From: a virus
Virus record (IMG/VR): IMGVR_UViG_3300045988_049076
Length of the DNA: 30,642 bases
Strand: one strand, 5' to 3'
A model generated the notes under the pieces. The model made no database searches, was not told the DNA's origin, and worked only from the letters and a program-made list of their open reading frames with translations. This document shows positions 1 through 9,399 of the stretch, one piece after another (within the stretch, counting starts at the first letter, position 1; every line of letters starts with the position of its first letter). Position numbers and translations under genes: made by a program.

Positions 1-40
1 GCTGGTCCCGCTGGCCCGGTTGGTCCCGCTGGTCCCGCTG
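1..40. repeat. Terminal overlap: identical to 30603..30642 (circular contig closure or short direct terminal repeat)
   Basis: The 40 nt gctggtcccgctggcccggttggtcccgctggtcccgctg at 1-40 were compared base by base with 30603-30642 and are identical. The overlap lies inside a GGTCCCGCT-type repeat, so repeat copy number may be collapsed. Confidence 0.85.
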
Positions 41-156
41 GTCCCGCTGGCCCGGCCGCCACGATCACCAAGGCCGATCACGTCGACCCGGCCACCGGTA
101 CCATCTCGGACATCGTGACCGCACTGGTCTCAGCCGGTCTCATGGCCGAAGCCTAA
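1..156 (+). CDS. Collagen-like (Gly-Pro-Ala repeat) protein, C-terminal part; continuation of the ORF starting at 30462
   Basis: Frame 1 reads AGPAGPVGPAGPAGPAGPAATITKADHVDPATGTISDIVTALVSAGLMAEA with stop TAA at 154-156. The frame is continuous with 30462..30642 across the 40-nt overlap. Confidence 0.75.
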   Translation, partial: AGPAGPVGPAGPAGPAGPAATITKADHVDPATGTISDIVTALVSAGLMAEA

Positions 157-174
157 CCCCGATAAAACCCCAAC

Positions 175-218
175 AGGGCCTTATCCACTACAATCGTGGA
201 TAGGGCCCTTACCTTTTG
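175..218 (+). terminator. Intrinsic terminator after the collagen-like gene
   Basis: Stem AGGGCCTTATCCAC (175-188) pairs with GTGGATAGGGCCCT (196-209) with one mismatch, followed by TACCTTTTGG. Confidence 0.6.
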
Positions 219-226
219 GAGGAAAA

Positions 227-877
227 ATGATAATAGACGACACCATCATCACCCAAGTCGGCGAAACAACCTACACGACATGGAAAGACGCCGCACTCGC
301 CGACCTGGCAAACATGCTCTGCATGAACCAATTCGACCAGTCGACCGACACCCTCACATGCCTCGTCAACGATGACGGCCGACACGTACCCCTCCCAGCA
401 TGGTACACGGAAGTAACCGAAGTAAGATCCACATACGGCCACAATCTCGAATACACCATCGACTACACGCAGTCCGACGGGTGGACCCCCGAAACCAAAT
501 ACGCGAAAACACTGACGCTCACCCCCCCATACCTACCTGGCATGCCAGTCACCATCACCGGCACCCACGGATTCAACCGACTGCCGAAACCATTAACCGG
601 CGTCCTAACGGCCATCATCCAAGCCGACCAGTCGATAGCAGACCAAACGGACCGCATCACCAGCAAAAAAATCGAAGACGTAAGCGTCTCCTACGCCACC
701 AGCACGCAAACCACACTCGAACACGCCCTCACCCCATACCTCGCACTACTCAACCAGTGGAACCTCTGCCACGCGACCAACAGTGGAGGCCTCCTAAGCA
801 TGCCAACCCCACACCACGACCTACCCTGGTGGATGAACGAACAAGACCTAGGAAGCAACGATTATGCCATTCTGTGA
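227..877 (+). CDS. Head-tail connector/adaptor candidate (assigned by position)
   Basis: 216-aa ORF with GGAGG 8 nt upstream. It is the first gene after the capsid/decoration genes, and its 3' end overlaps the next gene. Confidence 0.5.
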   Translation: MIIDDTIITQVGETTYTTWKDAALADLANMLCMNQFDQSTDTLTCLVNDDGRHVPLPAWYTEVTEVRSTYGHNLEYTIDYTQSDGWTPETKYAKTLTLTPPYLPGMPVTITGTHGFNRLPKPLTGVLTAIIQADQSIADQTDRITSKKIEDVSVSYATSTQTTLEHALTPYLALLNQWNLCHATNSGGLLSMPTPHHDLPWWMNEQDLGSNDYAIL

Positions 878-1232
878 CCCATTCAAACTCTTCCCCAACC
901 AAACCCAGTCAGCCACCCTTTGGAAATACACAGCACCCGGCCTCGGCAACATCAAACTCGCCAACCTGAACGTCATCATCAAACACTCCACACAAACCAA
1001 CCAACCAACCGAATACGCCAGCCGTATCATCTCCCGCCGTTTCCACATCCAACCGGACACACTCCCCGACAACCTCCAAACCGACATGGAAGCATGGCCA
1101 GACCTCATCATCACCCTCAACAACGGCCGCACCTACCAAGTCGAACAAGCCAGCCGAGGAGACGACATGACCACCGGCACCACCCAATTCATCACCATCA
1201 CAGCCCACCCCTACGGACGGAACAGCCTATGA
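864..1232 (+). CDS. Head closure / head-tail joining protein candidate
   Basis: 122-aa ORF with AGGAAG RBS. It overlaps the previous gene by 14 nt and has an ATGA overlap with the next. Size and position are typical of a gp16/gp7-like head-tail joining protein. Confidence 0.5.
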   Translation: MPFCDPFKLFPNQTQSATLWKYTAPGLGNIKLANLNVIIKHSTQTNQPTEYASRIISRRFHIQPDTLPDNLQTDMEAWPDLIITLNNGRTYQVEQASRGDDMTTGTTQFITITAHPYGRNSL

Positions 1233-1549
1233 GCTACCACATCAAAACAAACGCCTCATGGACCCGTAAACTCTCCACACAACAACTCAACAAAGGCGGA
1301 ACCCGCCTCATGACAGACATACTCCGCATGGCCCGCCAAAACGCGCCAGTCAAAACCGGAGCCCTACGCAACAGCGGCCGCTTCCAACAAACCGGCACAC
1401 TCAACTGGCGCATCACATTCGGCAACAGTCGCGTCCCCTACGCCCGCCTCCGCGAACACAAAAACCGCCTCCACCCCAACACCACCCGCTACCTAGAACG
1501 CGCAGCCACCACCGCAAACAACAAAATCAAAACCTACTTCAGCCTCTAA
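1229..1549 (+). CDS. HK97 gp10-like tail component / neck protein
   Basis: Internal ATG at 1229 of ORF 920..1549 (the upstream part is Pro/His/Arg junk). Product begins MSYHIKTNASW and contains QNAPVKTGALRNSG, which resembles the PVDTGxLRxS motif of the HK97 gp10 family. Confidence 0.65.
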   Translation: MSYHIKTNASWTRKLSTQQLNKGGTRLMTDILRMARQNAPVKTGALRNSGRFQQTGTLNWRITFGNSRVPYARLREHKNRLHPNTTRYLERAATTANNKIKTYFSL

Positions 1550-1558
1550 GGACCCCAC

Positions 1559-1984
1559 ATGATAGACCTAGCAGTATGCATGACCCTCCAAAACGAAGGC
1601 TACGGCACCTACGGACAAAACCTCTTCTTCGGCACAAGCCCCGTCCTCGACACAGGCACCGTCACCAGCCAAGAAGGAATATGGGTCAACGCCAACACCG
1701 TCGACATCAACGGCGACCTCTACACCGACCAAATCACCATCAGCAGCCGATACGACGACGTACTCACCCAAGGCCGACTCATGCTCCAACTACTCCGCTA
1801 CATCAACAACCAACTACCACACTGCTGCCAACTCACATGCCAACCAATCACCAACATCACCTACGAAAGCATCCGCACCCACCCAGCCACAGCCATCGAC
1901 CTAGACGCCATCGACCACGAAGGCCACTGGGTTAAAAGCATCCGCTTCCAAATCGACTACAAGATCAACCCCACCACACTGTAA
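1559..1984 (+). CDS. Tail terminator / tail completion protein candidate
   Basis: 141-aa ORF with AAGGA RBS, lying immediately upstream of the major tail protein gene. Confidence 0.5.
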   Translation: MIDLAVCMTLQNEGYGTYGQNLFFGTSPVLDTGTVTSQEGIWVNANTVDINGDLYTDQITISSRYDDVLTQGRLMLQLLRYINNQLPHCCQLTCQPITNITYESIRTHPATAIDLDAIDHEGHWVKSIRFQIDYKINPTTL

Positions 1985-2023
1985 AATAGATACAGCCGCC
2001 AACTATTCTGAAAGGACACAAAA

Positions 2024-2848
2024 ATGGCATCATACCCACTCATCGGCAAAAAAACCGTCTACATCGACGACATGATCATCCCCCCCGAATACATTCAAGA
2101 CGAAGTAGGCACCATCACCCTAACCCCAAGCACCACCGAAATCGCCTCACAGTCAGGCACCATCAAAGTACCCAACGGCAGCTACGACGAACTCAGCTTC
2201 GAACTCAACATCATCTGCCCCAGCGTCCGATTCCTCGGCATGCTATTCCCCGAACTCTACCACAACGCATCATTCAAACGAATCATCAGCGGCACCATGA
2301 GCGAAACCGGCCAAGTCCGATTCGGTGGCAACGAATGCGTCAGCAACACACCCCGTGACATCATCATCCACAACGTCTGCGACGGCCAATCCAGCGCACA
2401 AGACTTCCGCATCCCACAAGCCCTCATCAGCGCAGGCGGCGAATTCAAAATCAGCCTCAGCGACCCATTCGTCGTAACCCTCAACGGAACCATGACACCC
2501 GGAAACGAAGGCGCAGTCATCATGGGCGAACTCGACCTGACCACGCCAAGCCACTACGACGAAACCACCGGCTCCATCAAACCAGATGAAAGTAAAATCA
2601 CTGAACTAAAGGCCACGCCATCCGCCATCACCGGCAAGGTAAACGACGTAGTGAAGGTCAACCTGACCGCTTTCCCGAACGGCGCAGTCGGCAACATCAC
2701 CGCCACCGTAGACCCCGAAGGACTGGCCGAAGCTTCCGACAATGGTGACGGCACGTGGAACGTCACCTTGAAGAAGACCGGTACCAGTACCGTCACTTTC
2801 AAGTCCGGTACCGTGCAGACTGTCGTCAACGTCAACGTGACAGCCTGA
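2024..2848 (+). CDS. Major tail protein with C-terminal Ig-like (Big_2-type) domain
   Basis: 274 aa with AAAGGA RBS. The C-terminal ~85 aa (ITELKATPSAITGKVNDVVKVNL...TSTVTFKSGTVQTVVNVNVTA) follow the bacterial Ig-like pattern common on phage tail tube proteins. The gene sits upstream of the chaperone and tape measure genes. Confidence 0.7.
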   Translation: MASYPLIGKKTVYIDDMIIPPEYIQDEVGTITLTPSTTEIASQSGTIKVPNGSYDELSFELNIICPSVRFLGMLFPELYHNASFKRIISGTMSETGQVRFGGNECVSNTPRDIIIHNVCDGQSSAQDFRIPQALISAGGEFKISLSDPFVVTLNGTMTPGNEGAVIMGELDLTTPSHYDETTGSIKPDESKITELKATPSAITGKVNDVVKVNLTAFPNGAVGNITATVDPEGLAEASDNGDGTWNVTLKKTGTSTVTFKSGTVQTVVNVNVTA

Positions 2849-2974
2849 CCAAGGATAAAATAATGCGCCCGTCGTGAAAGAAAGGCAAAGAACACGACGG
2901 ACGCCCAATTTGAAATGGTTCCACATAAAGGATCCAATCACTATGATACAACACGATCGAATGGAGTACAAGCA

Positions 2975-3328
2975 ATGGCAACGCCAATCCTTGACATCGA
3001 CACTCGCAAGTCTTTCCGTACCCTCACCGTCAAACTTGACGGTATCGTCTATACCATGCGACCCCTCGGATCGAAAGACCTCCTCACCATCCTTGACAAT
3101 GCCGAAACGCTAGACAAGCTCACCACCGGCAAAATGACCCGGGAAACCCTGGAAGCCGCGGAAACCATCATCTTCCCGCTCGTAGCCAGCCTCATGACAC
3201 CAAGCAACGCTTTCCACGAATGGATGACCCAAACCAAACAACGTAGCGACCTCGCCTACTATCGCGCCATGACAGCCCTCTGCAGGCTCATGAGCCAGAA
3301 CCTCAACATCAGCATCAAAGGCGAATAA
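2975..3328 (+). CDS. Tail assembly chaperone candidate (gpG-like position)
   Basis: ATG at 2975 preceded by GGAG (2963-2966). The 117-aa acidic product lies between the major tail and tape measure genes. Confidence 0.55.
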   Translation: MATPILDIDTRKSFRTLTVKLDGIVYTMRPLGSKDLLTILDNAETLDKLTTGKMTRETLEAAETIIFPLVASLMTPSNAFHEWMTQTKQRSDLAYYRAMTALCRLMSQNLNISIKGE

Positions 3329-3331
3329 TCC

Positions 3332-3658
3332 ATGAAATCATGGGATGAGCTCATCACTCCGGAAGAAAAGGAGCGGATGAGCAAATACAAGATGACGGAA
3401 ACCGTTTACAAGACGGCTCCGTCCTCCCGCATCCTTGCCGAGCTTGGCACATTGTATGGATGGTCGGCTGTCCAGGACACGCTCACCAACCGGATCAGTC
3501 CGAGTCTCATGCTCAGCCTGGTCAAGGAAGGCCGTCACCTCCACAACATTCGACTAGCCGAACAATACCGTCTCACTTTTGAATGTTTGACAAGCGCGTT
3601 CAGCAAACACGGAGACCAACATATCAGCCGCATCATAGACCAGCTCGGAAAGGAATAA
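3332..3658 (+). CDS. Second tail assembly chaperone-like protein (gpT-like position)
   Basis: 108-aa ORF with its own ATG and AAAGG RBS. It is in the same reading frame as 2975..3328, separated only by TAA TCC. No overlapping -1 frame was seen. Confidence 0.5.
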   Translation: MKSWDELITPEEKERMSKYKMTETVYKTAPSSRILAELGTLYGWSAVQDTLTNRISPSLMLSLVKEGRHLHNIRLAEQYRLTFECLTSAFSKHGDQHISRIIDQLGKE

Positions 3659-3661
3659 ACG

Positions 3662-5713
3662 ATGGCGGATAGCACACTCACCCTCGACGCTGAAATCAAC
3701 ACTTCGGATTGGGATGCCGGCGTTAAAACCATTCAAACGGGCAGTCGACAGATCGAACAATCCGCCCGTCAAGCGGGCGAGGGTTTAGAGGAAGTGGACA
3801 AATCATCCAATAAGGCTTCCAGTGGTACCGGTAAATTCGCTGCTATCGCCGGTGCGATGGGTGGCTTGGTCTCTACCGGTGTCAGCATGGCCGTGGACGC
3901 GATCAGCGATCTTAGCGGTGATATCATCGAGGCTTCCGACTCGGCCCAGAAATTCGCGAGTACACTGTCTTTCGCTGGTTTGGACACGAGCACTATCGAC
4001 CAGTTGACCGCTTCAACGCAAAAGTATGCGGATCAGACTGTCTACGACCTGTCCGACATTCGGAATACGACTGCACAGTTAGCTGCGAACGGTGTCGACA
4101 ATTACGCGAATCTGGCTGAAGCGGCAGGTAATTTGAACGCCGTGGCCGGTGGTAACGCGGACACGTTCCGTTCGGTCGGCATGGTGTTGACCCAGACGGC
4201 TGGTGCGGGCAAGCTCACGACCGAAAACTGGAACCAGCTTTCCGACGCCATTCCGGGCGCTTCGGGCAAGCTTCAGGAAGCCATGAAGAAGAACGGCGCG
4301 TACACGGGTGACTTCCGTGATGCGATGGCCAAGGGCGAGATCACCGCCGAGGAATTCAACAAGGCCGTCATGGATTTGGGTATGACGGACGCGGCGAAGG
4401 AGGCAGCTACCAGTACCAGTACCATCGAGGGTGCGATGGGTAACCTGGAAGCGTCCGTCGTGAATGTCGGCGTGCAACTCCTGGACTCGTTCAAAGGCCC
4501 GTTGACCGAAGGTATGAGCGCTCTCGCCGAGGGGATCGGCAGTCTGCCGGCAATGTTCACCGGCTTGGTGCAGTCGACCGGTCCGGCTTTGAGTCAGATG
4601 GGCAAAGTGTTCCAGTCGTCGTTCGCTCCGGTTGGCAAGATCGTGTCCGGTCAACTGTTGCCCGCCTTGCAGCCGTTCATGCAAGCCTGTCAGAATCTGG
4701 GTTCTGCGATCATGCCAGTATTGAATGCCGCTTTCCAAGCGTTCACACCGGTATTAGGATCACTGGTCGCGAAGCTTACCGAGGTTGTGGTGACGATCAT
4801 GACCACTGTCACGCCGGTCATTAACAACATGGCTGCCGTGGTGCAAGCCGCACTGCCAGCCATCCAGGCTGCGTTCACGACGGTCGCGTCAACCATCCAA
4901 GGGGTCATCGACGCTGTATTCCCGTATATTCAGACGGTGATCACGAGTGTCATGAACGTCATCAACGCGATCATCACCACGGTTTTGGCGGCCGTGAAGG
5001 GTGACTGGGATGGCGTGTGGGCTGGTATCGGCAACATCACTACGACGATATGGAACGGTATCAAAGCCGGCGTATCAGCCGGCATCAACGCTGTTGCGGG
5101 CGTGATCAGTTCGGTCATGGGCACCATCAAAGCGTTTTGGAGTGGCGTTTGGGATGCTGTTAAAGGTCTTGTCGGCAGTGCTTGGAACGGCATCACCAGT
5201 GCCGTCAGCAATGGTGTCAACAATGTCATGAACACTGTAAAAGGCATTGGCGGTAAAATCAAGGGCGCGTTCAACGGGGCCGGCAATTGGCTGTTGGACG
5301 CGGGCAAGAACATCATCATGGGTTTGGTTAACGGTATTAAGAATGCGATCGGCGCGGCCGTGAACGCGGCCAAATCCGCGGCTTCCAATGTCGTGAACGC
5401 CGCTAAGAGCGCGTTGGGTATTCATTCCCCGTCTCGAGTGTTCCGTGACGAAGTGGGTAAGATGATCCCCGCCGGTTTAGGCAAGGGCGTTGAAGCTAAT
5501 ATGAGCTTGGCTGTGAACCCGGTGCAACGCATGGTCGCTGACATCTTGCCGAACAGTCTGTTGAATAGTCCGGCGAGTCTGCCTGTCTCGTCCCCGGTCC
5601 TGGCGAACACGGATAATGGGCCTCGAGTATCGGCTCCGATCACGGTTAACGCTTCGGATCCGACGATGGCGGCGCGTGAGACGGTGCGTATGATTAATTT
5701 CGCTTACGTGTAA
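3662..5713 (+). CDS. Tape measure protein
   Basis: 683 aa, the longest tail gene. It is Ala/Gly/Val-rich with helical repeats (e.g. ...AINAVAGVISSVMGTIKAFWSGVWDAVKGLVGSAWNGITSAV...) and lies after the chaperone genes. Confidence 0.85.
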   Translation: MADSTLTLDAEINTSDWDAGVKTIQTGSRQIEQSARQAGEGLEEVDKSSNKASSGTGKFAAIAGAMGGLVSTGVSMAVDAISDLSGDIIEASDSAQKFASTLSFAGLDTSTIDQLTASTQKYADQTVYDLSDIRNTTAQLAANGVDNYANLAEAAGNLNAVAGGNADTFRSVGMVLTQTAGAGKLTTENWNQLSDAIPGASGKLQEAMKKNGAYTGDFRDAMAKGEITAEEFNKAVMDLGMTDAAKEAATSTSTIEGAMGNLEASVVNVGVQLLDSFKGPLTEGMSALAEGIGSLPAMFTGLVQSTGPALSQMGKVFQSSFAPVGKIVSGQLLPALQPFMQACQNLGSAIMPVLNAAFQAFTPVLGSLVAKLTEVVVTIMTTVTPVINNMAAVVQAALPAIQAAFTTVASTIQGVIDAVFPYIQTVITSVMNVINAIITTVLAAVKGDWDGVWAGIGNITTTIWNGIKAGVSAGINAVAGVISSVMGTIKAFWSGVWDAVKGLVGSAWNGITSAVSNGVNNVMNTVKGIGGKIKGAFNGAGNWLLDAGKNIIMGLVNGIKNAIGAAVNAAKSAASNVVNAAKSALGIHSPSRVFRDEVGKMIPAGLGKGVEANMSLAVNPVQRMVADILPNSLLNSPASLPVSSPVLANTDNGPRVSAPITVNASDPTMAARETVRMINFAYV

Positions 5714-5732
5714 AGGAGGCTAGGCTGGTCTT

Positions 5733-6623
5733 ATGAGTATTTTTCTTACGGATCCACGTGATATTCAACTGACGTTGAATGGTTTCCCTCTCTATGGCGT
5801 GGATGATAATGGTTGCGAATGGCATGTGACGTTCCAGGACGTGTCTGGCTTATTCGACGGCGTCTCGTCCACATTGCATACTGAAAGCAAGGCCATGACT
5901 GATGGCTGGTATGGTAATCTGCCCCGATTGCAAGGCCGTACCATCACGATCGAGGGGCATATCATCGGCCGGTGTTCGGAATCGTGTGTCACGTCGTGGA
6001 ATGCGTTCAAAAGCGTGTTGGATACTGATGGAATGCTGTTAACCGTACGATTGGGGGGTATTGGCCGTCAGGTACGGGTATGGCAGTCGGCATCCGCACC
6101 ATTGGTCAAATGGGCTGGGGTGAACATGCTCCGTTTCAGTATTGGGTTGACGTCTTTGAGCCCGTACTTGCATGGATTGGATTCGGTGTCCGATGTTACG
6201 GGATTGCCGAGTTCGTCGGGTGGCATGCAGTTCCCCTACCATTTCGAGGAGACTGGTGTCCCATTGTCGTCTTGGATGTGGAGTGAGAATGTCGTGTCCG
6301 GTCATGTGGCATTGGATAACGTTGGTACGGCTCCCAGTCCGGTGATGATCCGTATTGCCGGTCCTGTCGTCAACCCTCAGGTATCGCATGTTGGGAGCGG
6401 GCATGTCATAGCGTTCAACATGAGTTTAGGTAGAGGCCATTATGTGACTATTAACGGTGTGACGCATGAGATCCTGATTGATGGTACTGATCCCGCGCGT
6501 GGTCGTGTCATTCGTCGTGAGTGGAGTCAGGCGGAACCCGGCATGAATGTTTGGGGTTTCAACGCGAGCGAGTATTCGGCTGAGGCTCGTATGACGGTTT
6601 CGTTCTATCCGGCTTACGTGTAG
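5733..6623 (+). CDS. Distal tail protein (Dit-like) candidate
   Basis: 296 aa, immediately downstream of the tape measure gene. Size and position are typical of siphovirus Dit proteins. Confidence 0.6.
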   Translation: MSIFLTDPRDIQLTLNGFPLYGVDDNGCEWHVTFQDVSGLFDGVSSTLHTESKAMTDGWYGNLPRLQGRTITIEGHIIGRCSESCVTSWNAFKSVLDTDGMLLTVRLGGIGRQVRVWQSASAPLVKWAGVNMLRFSIGLTSLSPYLHGLDSVSDVTGLPSSSGGMQFPYHFEETGVPLSSWMWSENVVSGHVALDNVGTAPSPVMIRIAGPVVNPQVSHVGSGHVIAFNMSLGRGHYVTINGVTHEILIDGTDPARGRVIRREWSQAEPGMNVWGFNASEYSAEARMTVSFYPAYV

Positions 6624-6635
6624 AGGAGGAATGTC

Positions 6636-7742
6636 ATGGGTTCGACTGATGTTTGGAATGGGGTTTCTATTTTCGGTCATGGTCGTGTCGTGTGGGATAC
6701 TGCTGGGTTCCAGTTCCTTGCCGTGTCTTTGACTAGCGGGACCGTGTTGGCTGAGTTTCCGGACTTGCAGGTGTCCAAGCTTTCGTATCGTTTCGAAGAG
6801 GTTACGAGTGAGACGATGATGATTCCGTGGCGGAATATTCCGTCCAATTGGGTTGAGGCCACGATCCCGTATGGGGTGGCGATTCTCCTGGTTCGTGGTT
6901 CGACGGTATTGTGGGGCGGGATCGTCGTCAAACGCGAACGTACCTTGCAGGGGAGCGGGGTGTCTCTCACTGTGGCGACCATCGAACATTATTTGGATAG
7001 CGTGTATGTGAAGGATCATACGTATTCGAATCGTGACCAGTGTGAGATTGTGAAGGATCTTGTGTCGAGTACGCTTAAGGGTCACCGGTTCATGCTTTCG
7101 GTGGAGGCGTCTCCTAGCCACATTCATCGTGATAGGACGTATGAGGAGTCTTCGGATAAGACGTTGTTGAGCGTTCTTCAGGAATTGTCGAACGTGCAGA
7201 ATGGGCCGGAATGGTGTACGTCATGGCGGACCGTTGATGGCGGGTATATGCCGGTTTTGACGGTCGCGGATAGGATAGGTTCCGTCACACCGGTTACGAC
7301 GTTTGACGAGAGCGTGATGACGGCTTTCAAGATCGTGGAAGATTATACGAACGGTTTTGGGGCGAACATGGTGTGGGCGGTCGGGAGTACGACCGATGAA
7401 AACCAGTTGCGTTCCGATACGATGGTGGCTGAACAGTCTTACCGTCCCGTCGTGGAACATGTGGTCCGGCTGTCGTCGAGTATTACGCAGAAGGAAACGT
7501 TGAACGCTCATGCGTCATCCGCGTTATGGCAATTGCGGGATGGTACGAATACCATGAGCATGACGTTGAGCCTGTTGGCCGCTCCGATCGTTTACGAGGA
7601 GTGGCGGCCTGGGGATGTCGTCGCGTGGACTGTCGCCGATGATGATGGTCGTTTCACTGGTTTCGACCATGGCGAGGCGCGTGTCGTCGGTTATGACATT
7701 GATTTCAGTGGCGTGTGGACTATTACGCCCACGTTGCAGTAG
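6636..7742 (+). CDS. Tail-associated / baseplate hub protein (Tal-like) candidate
   Basis: 368 aa with GAGGAGG RBS. It is the second gene after the tape measure gene. Confidence 0.5.
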   Translation: MGSTDVWNGVSIFGHGRVVWDTAGFQFLAVSLTSGTVLAEFPDLQVSKLSYRFEEVTSETMMIPWRNIPSNWVEATIPYGVAILLVRGSTVLWGGIVVKRERTLQGSGVSLTVATIEHYLDSVYVKDHTYSNRDQCEIVKDLVSSTLKGHRFMLSVEASPSHIHRDRTYEESSDKTLLSVLQELSNVQNGPEWCTSWRTVDGGYMPVLTVADRIGSVTPVTTFDESVMTAFKIVEDYTNGFGANMVWAVGSTTDENQLRSDTMVAEQSYRPVVEHVVRLSSSITQKETLNAHASSALWQLRDGTNTMSMTLSLLAAPIVYEEWRPGDVVAWTVADDDGRFTGFDHGEARVVGYDIDFSGVWTITPTLQ

Positions 7743-7751
7743 GAGGTTCTG

Positions 7752-8423
7752 ATGCAAGGTAAGTTCAGGTTTTCGATGGATGGTGTGGATGCTACCGCCC
7801 GTCAGTTCAAGGATGTTCGCCGTCGGTTGGAGGAATTGTTTTCGAGTGTCGGTAAGAGTGTTAGCGGGTTGGGTAGGCGTGTTACCGATGTCGAGAAGGA
7901 TTTTGAATCGTTGGTTACCGAGCAGAGTCAGGCTGACGCCGGTGAGTCGAATGCGGTGGTGGTGCCGGCGCATGGTGGTACCGGCGTGCGGAACGCGTCC
8001 GAGAACACGCTTCCGTCGATGCCTCGGAAGCCGGTTTATTGTCTTCATGATGGCACGTTGGGGGTTGACTGTTCGTCGGTGGATTCGGTGGCGAATGTCG
8101 GTAATGCTGACGAGTTCGTCCCGGTTGATGCTCTCCGTCAGGTGGAATGGCGAGTGTATTGGTTGAAGGATGATCTGAATTTGAATCTTGATGATGCACA
8201 GCCTGTTATCGGCTTGATTGCGGAAGATTTGGACAATGCCGGGCTTGGTTTTTTCTGCGAGTATGATTCCGACGGGAATCCGACGGGTGTTGATTATCCG
8301 AGGTTGAGTGTGGCTGTTTTACGGTTGGCTCAGCAGGCGATGAGTGAGGTGGACGAGCTTAAGGCGGAGGTTTCCAGGCTATCTTCCGTGGTAGGTAAAA
8401 TGGGTGTGTCCACGTCTGAATGA
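7752..8423 (+). CDS. Tail fibre protein with C-terminal intramolecular chaperone (Peptidase S74-like) domain
   Basis: 223 aa. The C-terminal segment ...VIGLIAEDLDNAGLGFFCEYDSDGNPTGVDYPRLSVAVLRLAQQAMSEVDELKAEVSRL matches the iGxiAqev...v.Y..l...l..aiqel..L pattern of endosialidase-type chaperone domains. The N-terminus looks like a coiled coil. Confidence 0.65.
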   Translation: MQGKFRFSMDGVDATARQFKDVRRRLEELFSSVGKSVSGLGRRVTDVEKDFESLVTEQSQADAGESNAVVVPAHGGTGVRNASENTLPSMPRKPVYCLHDGTLGVDCSSVDSVANVGNADEFVPVDALRQVEWRVYWLKDDLNLNLDDAQPVIGLIAEDLDNAGLGFFCEYDSDGNPTGVDYPRLSVAVLRLAQQAMSEVDELKAEVSRLSSVVGKMGVSTSE

Positions 8424-8443
8424 TTGATTGTGAGGAATGACTT

Positions 8444-9349
8444 ATGAGCGATATTGTGTTGCATCCTTTGACCATGTTGAACGGTTCGCCGTCGTATACT
8501 GCTGATGATTATCGGCATGTTGTCAACCCGTTCTTGTTCCCGTCCGATGGTTCCGCTTTCGGTGGCGTTCAGGGTGTCCGGTATGGTAGTCCCAGCCCGT
8601 TGGCGACGATTGATGGGTTGACTGTTACCGTTAAGCCTCATTGCGGTATCGTACGCCCATGGGATGTGACTGGCTCGTACACTTATTCGATTGCGGAGCC
8701 TATGACTGTGGGTGTGCCTGATTCGAAGGGGGATTACAAGATCGTGGTCGCCACCTATGATCCGAGTTTGTCTCATGGTGAGACTCCGGGTGCTTGGCTG
8801 CAGTCGTGGGATGCTAGTATACCCAACGCGCAGATCAATGGTTTGGTCATCGCCAGGGTCACGGCTGGTGTCGTGTCTGATGTGGCTCCGAAGATCCATG
8901 TTGATGGCACGATTGAGGTGAATAATTGGAATGAGTTGATCGCGATTTGGACTGTTGATGGGGTTGAAGCCGTTACTTCGTCTAATGGGCAAAGGTATCG
9001 TCGCATCAATGGTGCTTGGCTGTCGTTGACTGATGTCCAGTTGGGGCGGGGTCAGTGGTATAAGGATTGGAGTGTCTGGTATAAGTGTTCGATGTCCGGT
9101 AATATCGTCAGCCTTGCCGTCAAGGTGACGAGGGGGCCTGAATGGGTGGCGGAGGCGTGGAGTAAGAGTCAGATTCTCACGTTCCCGGACTATGTGAAGC
9201 CTCATTTTGCTGATTTGAACGTTCCGGGGGCCGGTGTTGACTATAGTGGTTTCCAGTTGGATGAGACGGGCTTGTATGTGAGGCCTTTCAGGGATATTAC
9301 GTATAAGACGGGTGCGTGGACCAGTGCTACCATGTCGTGGTCTGTCTGA
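8444..9349 (+). CDS. Minor tail / receptor-binding protein candidate
   Basis: 301 aa with GAGGA RBS. It is the last gene of the tail block and is followed by a strong terminator. Confidence 0.45.
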   Translation: MSDIVLHPLTMLNGSPSYTADDYRHVVNPFLFPSDGSAFGGVQGVRYGSPSPLATIDGLTVTVKPHCGIVRPWDVTGSYTYSIAEPMTVGVPDSKGDYKIVVATYDPSLSHGETPGAWLQSWDASIPNAQINGLVIARVTAGVVSDVAPKIHVDGTIEVNNWNELIAIWTVDGVEAVTSSNGQRYRRINGAWLSLTDVQLGRGQWYKDWSVWYKCSMSGNIVSLAVKVTRGPEWVAEAWSKSQILTFPDYVKPHFADLNVPGAGVDYSGFQLDETGLYVRPFRDITYKTGAWTSATMSWSV

Positions 9350-9355
9350 TATGCG

Positions 9356-9384
9356 AAAGCCCCGGTTGTGTGCCGGGGCTTTTT
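9356..9384. terminator. Bidirectional intrinsic terminator between convergent genes
   Basis: AAAGCCCCGG (9356-9365) pairs with CCGGGGCTTT (9373-9382) around a 7-nt loop. There is an A-run on one side and a T-run on the other. Confidence 0.8.
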
Positions 9385-9399
9385 CGTATCGTTTTTGGG

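Noticed and set aside
400-1549. ORFs 400-969 and 920-1549, and the N-terminal extensions of 9653-10792, 12169-12924, 14895-15380, 15746-16246, 16882-17289, 19070-19477, 11885-12319 and 22707-23093
   Set aside because: The upstream parts are Pro/His/Arg-rich out-of-frame read-through of neighbouring genes or of regulatory DNA. In each case an internal ATG with an SD sequence and an ATGA/TAATG coupling gives a sensible product.
2560-2848. Apparent composition break inside the major tail gene at the Ig-like domain boundary (possible domain swap)
   Set aside because: Counting bases in 60-nt lines showed only a mild, gradual change (C>G falling from about 2:1 to about 1.2:1). That is too weak to claim a recombination junction without a quantitative sliding-window analysis.
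3290-3340. Programmed -1 frameshift joining the two tail chaperone ORFs (the gpG/gpGT paradigm)
   Set aside because: No XXXYYYZ slippery heptamer was seen near the end of 2975-3328. The downstream ORF is in the same frame (TAA TCC ATG), not the -1 frame, and has its own RBS and ATG. Stop-codon read-through is conceivable, but nothing in the sequence supports it.
8330-9205. 291-aa minus-strand ORF (and similar ones at 6426-7127, 4079-4738, 7524-8048, 10875-11480 and 27223-27738)
   Set aside because: All lie antisense to well-supported structural or lysis genes and have Arg/His/Pro/Thr-rich composition. None has an RBS, and none fits the operon logic.
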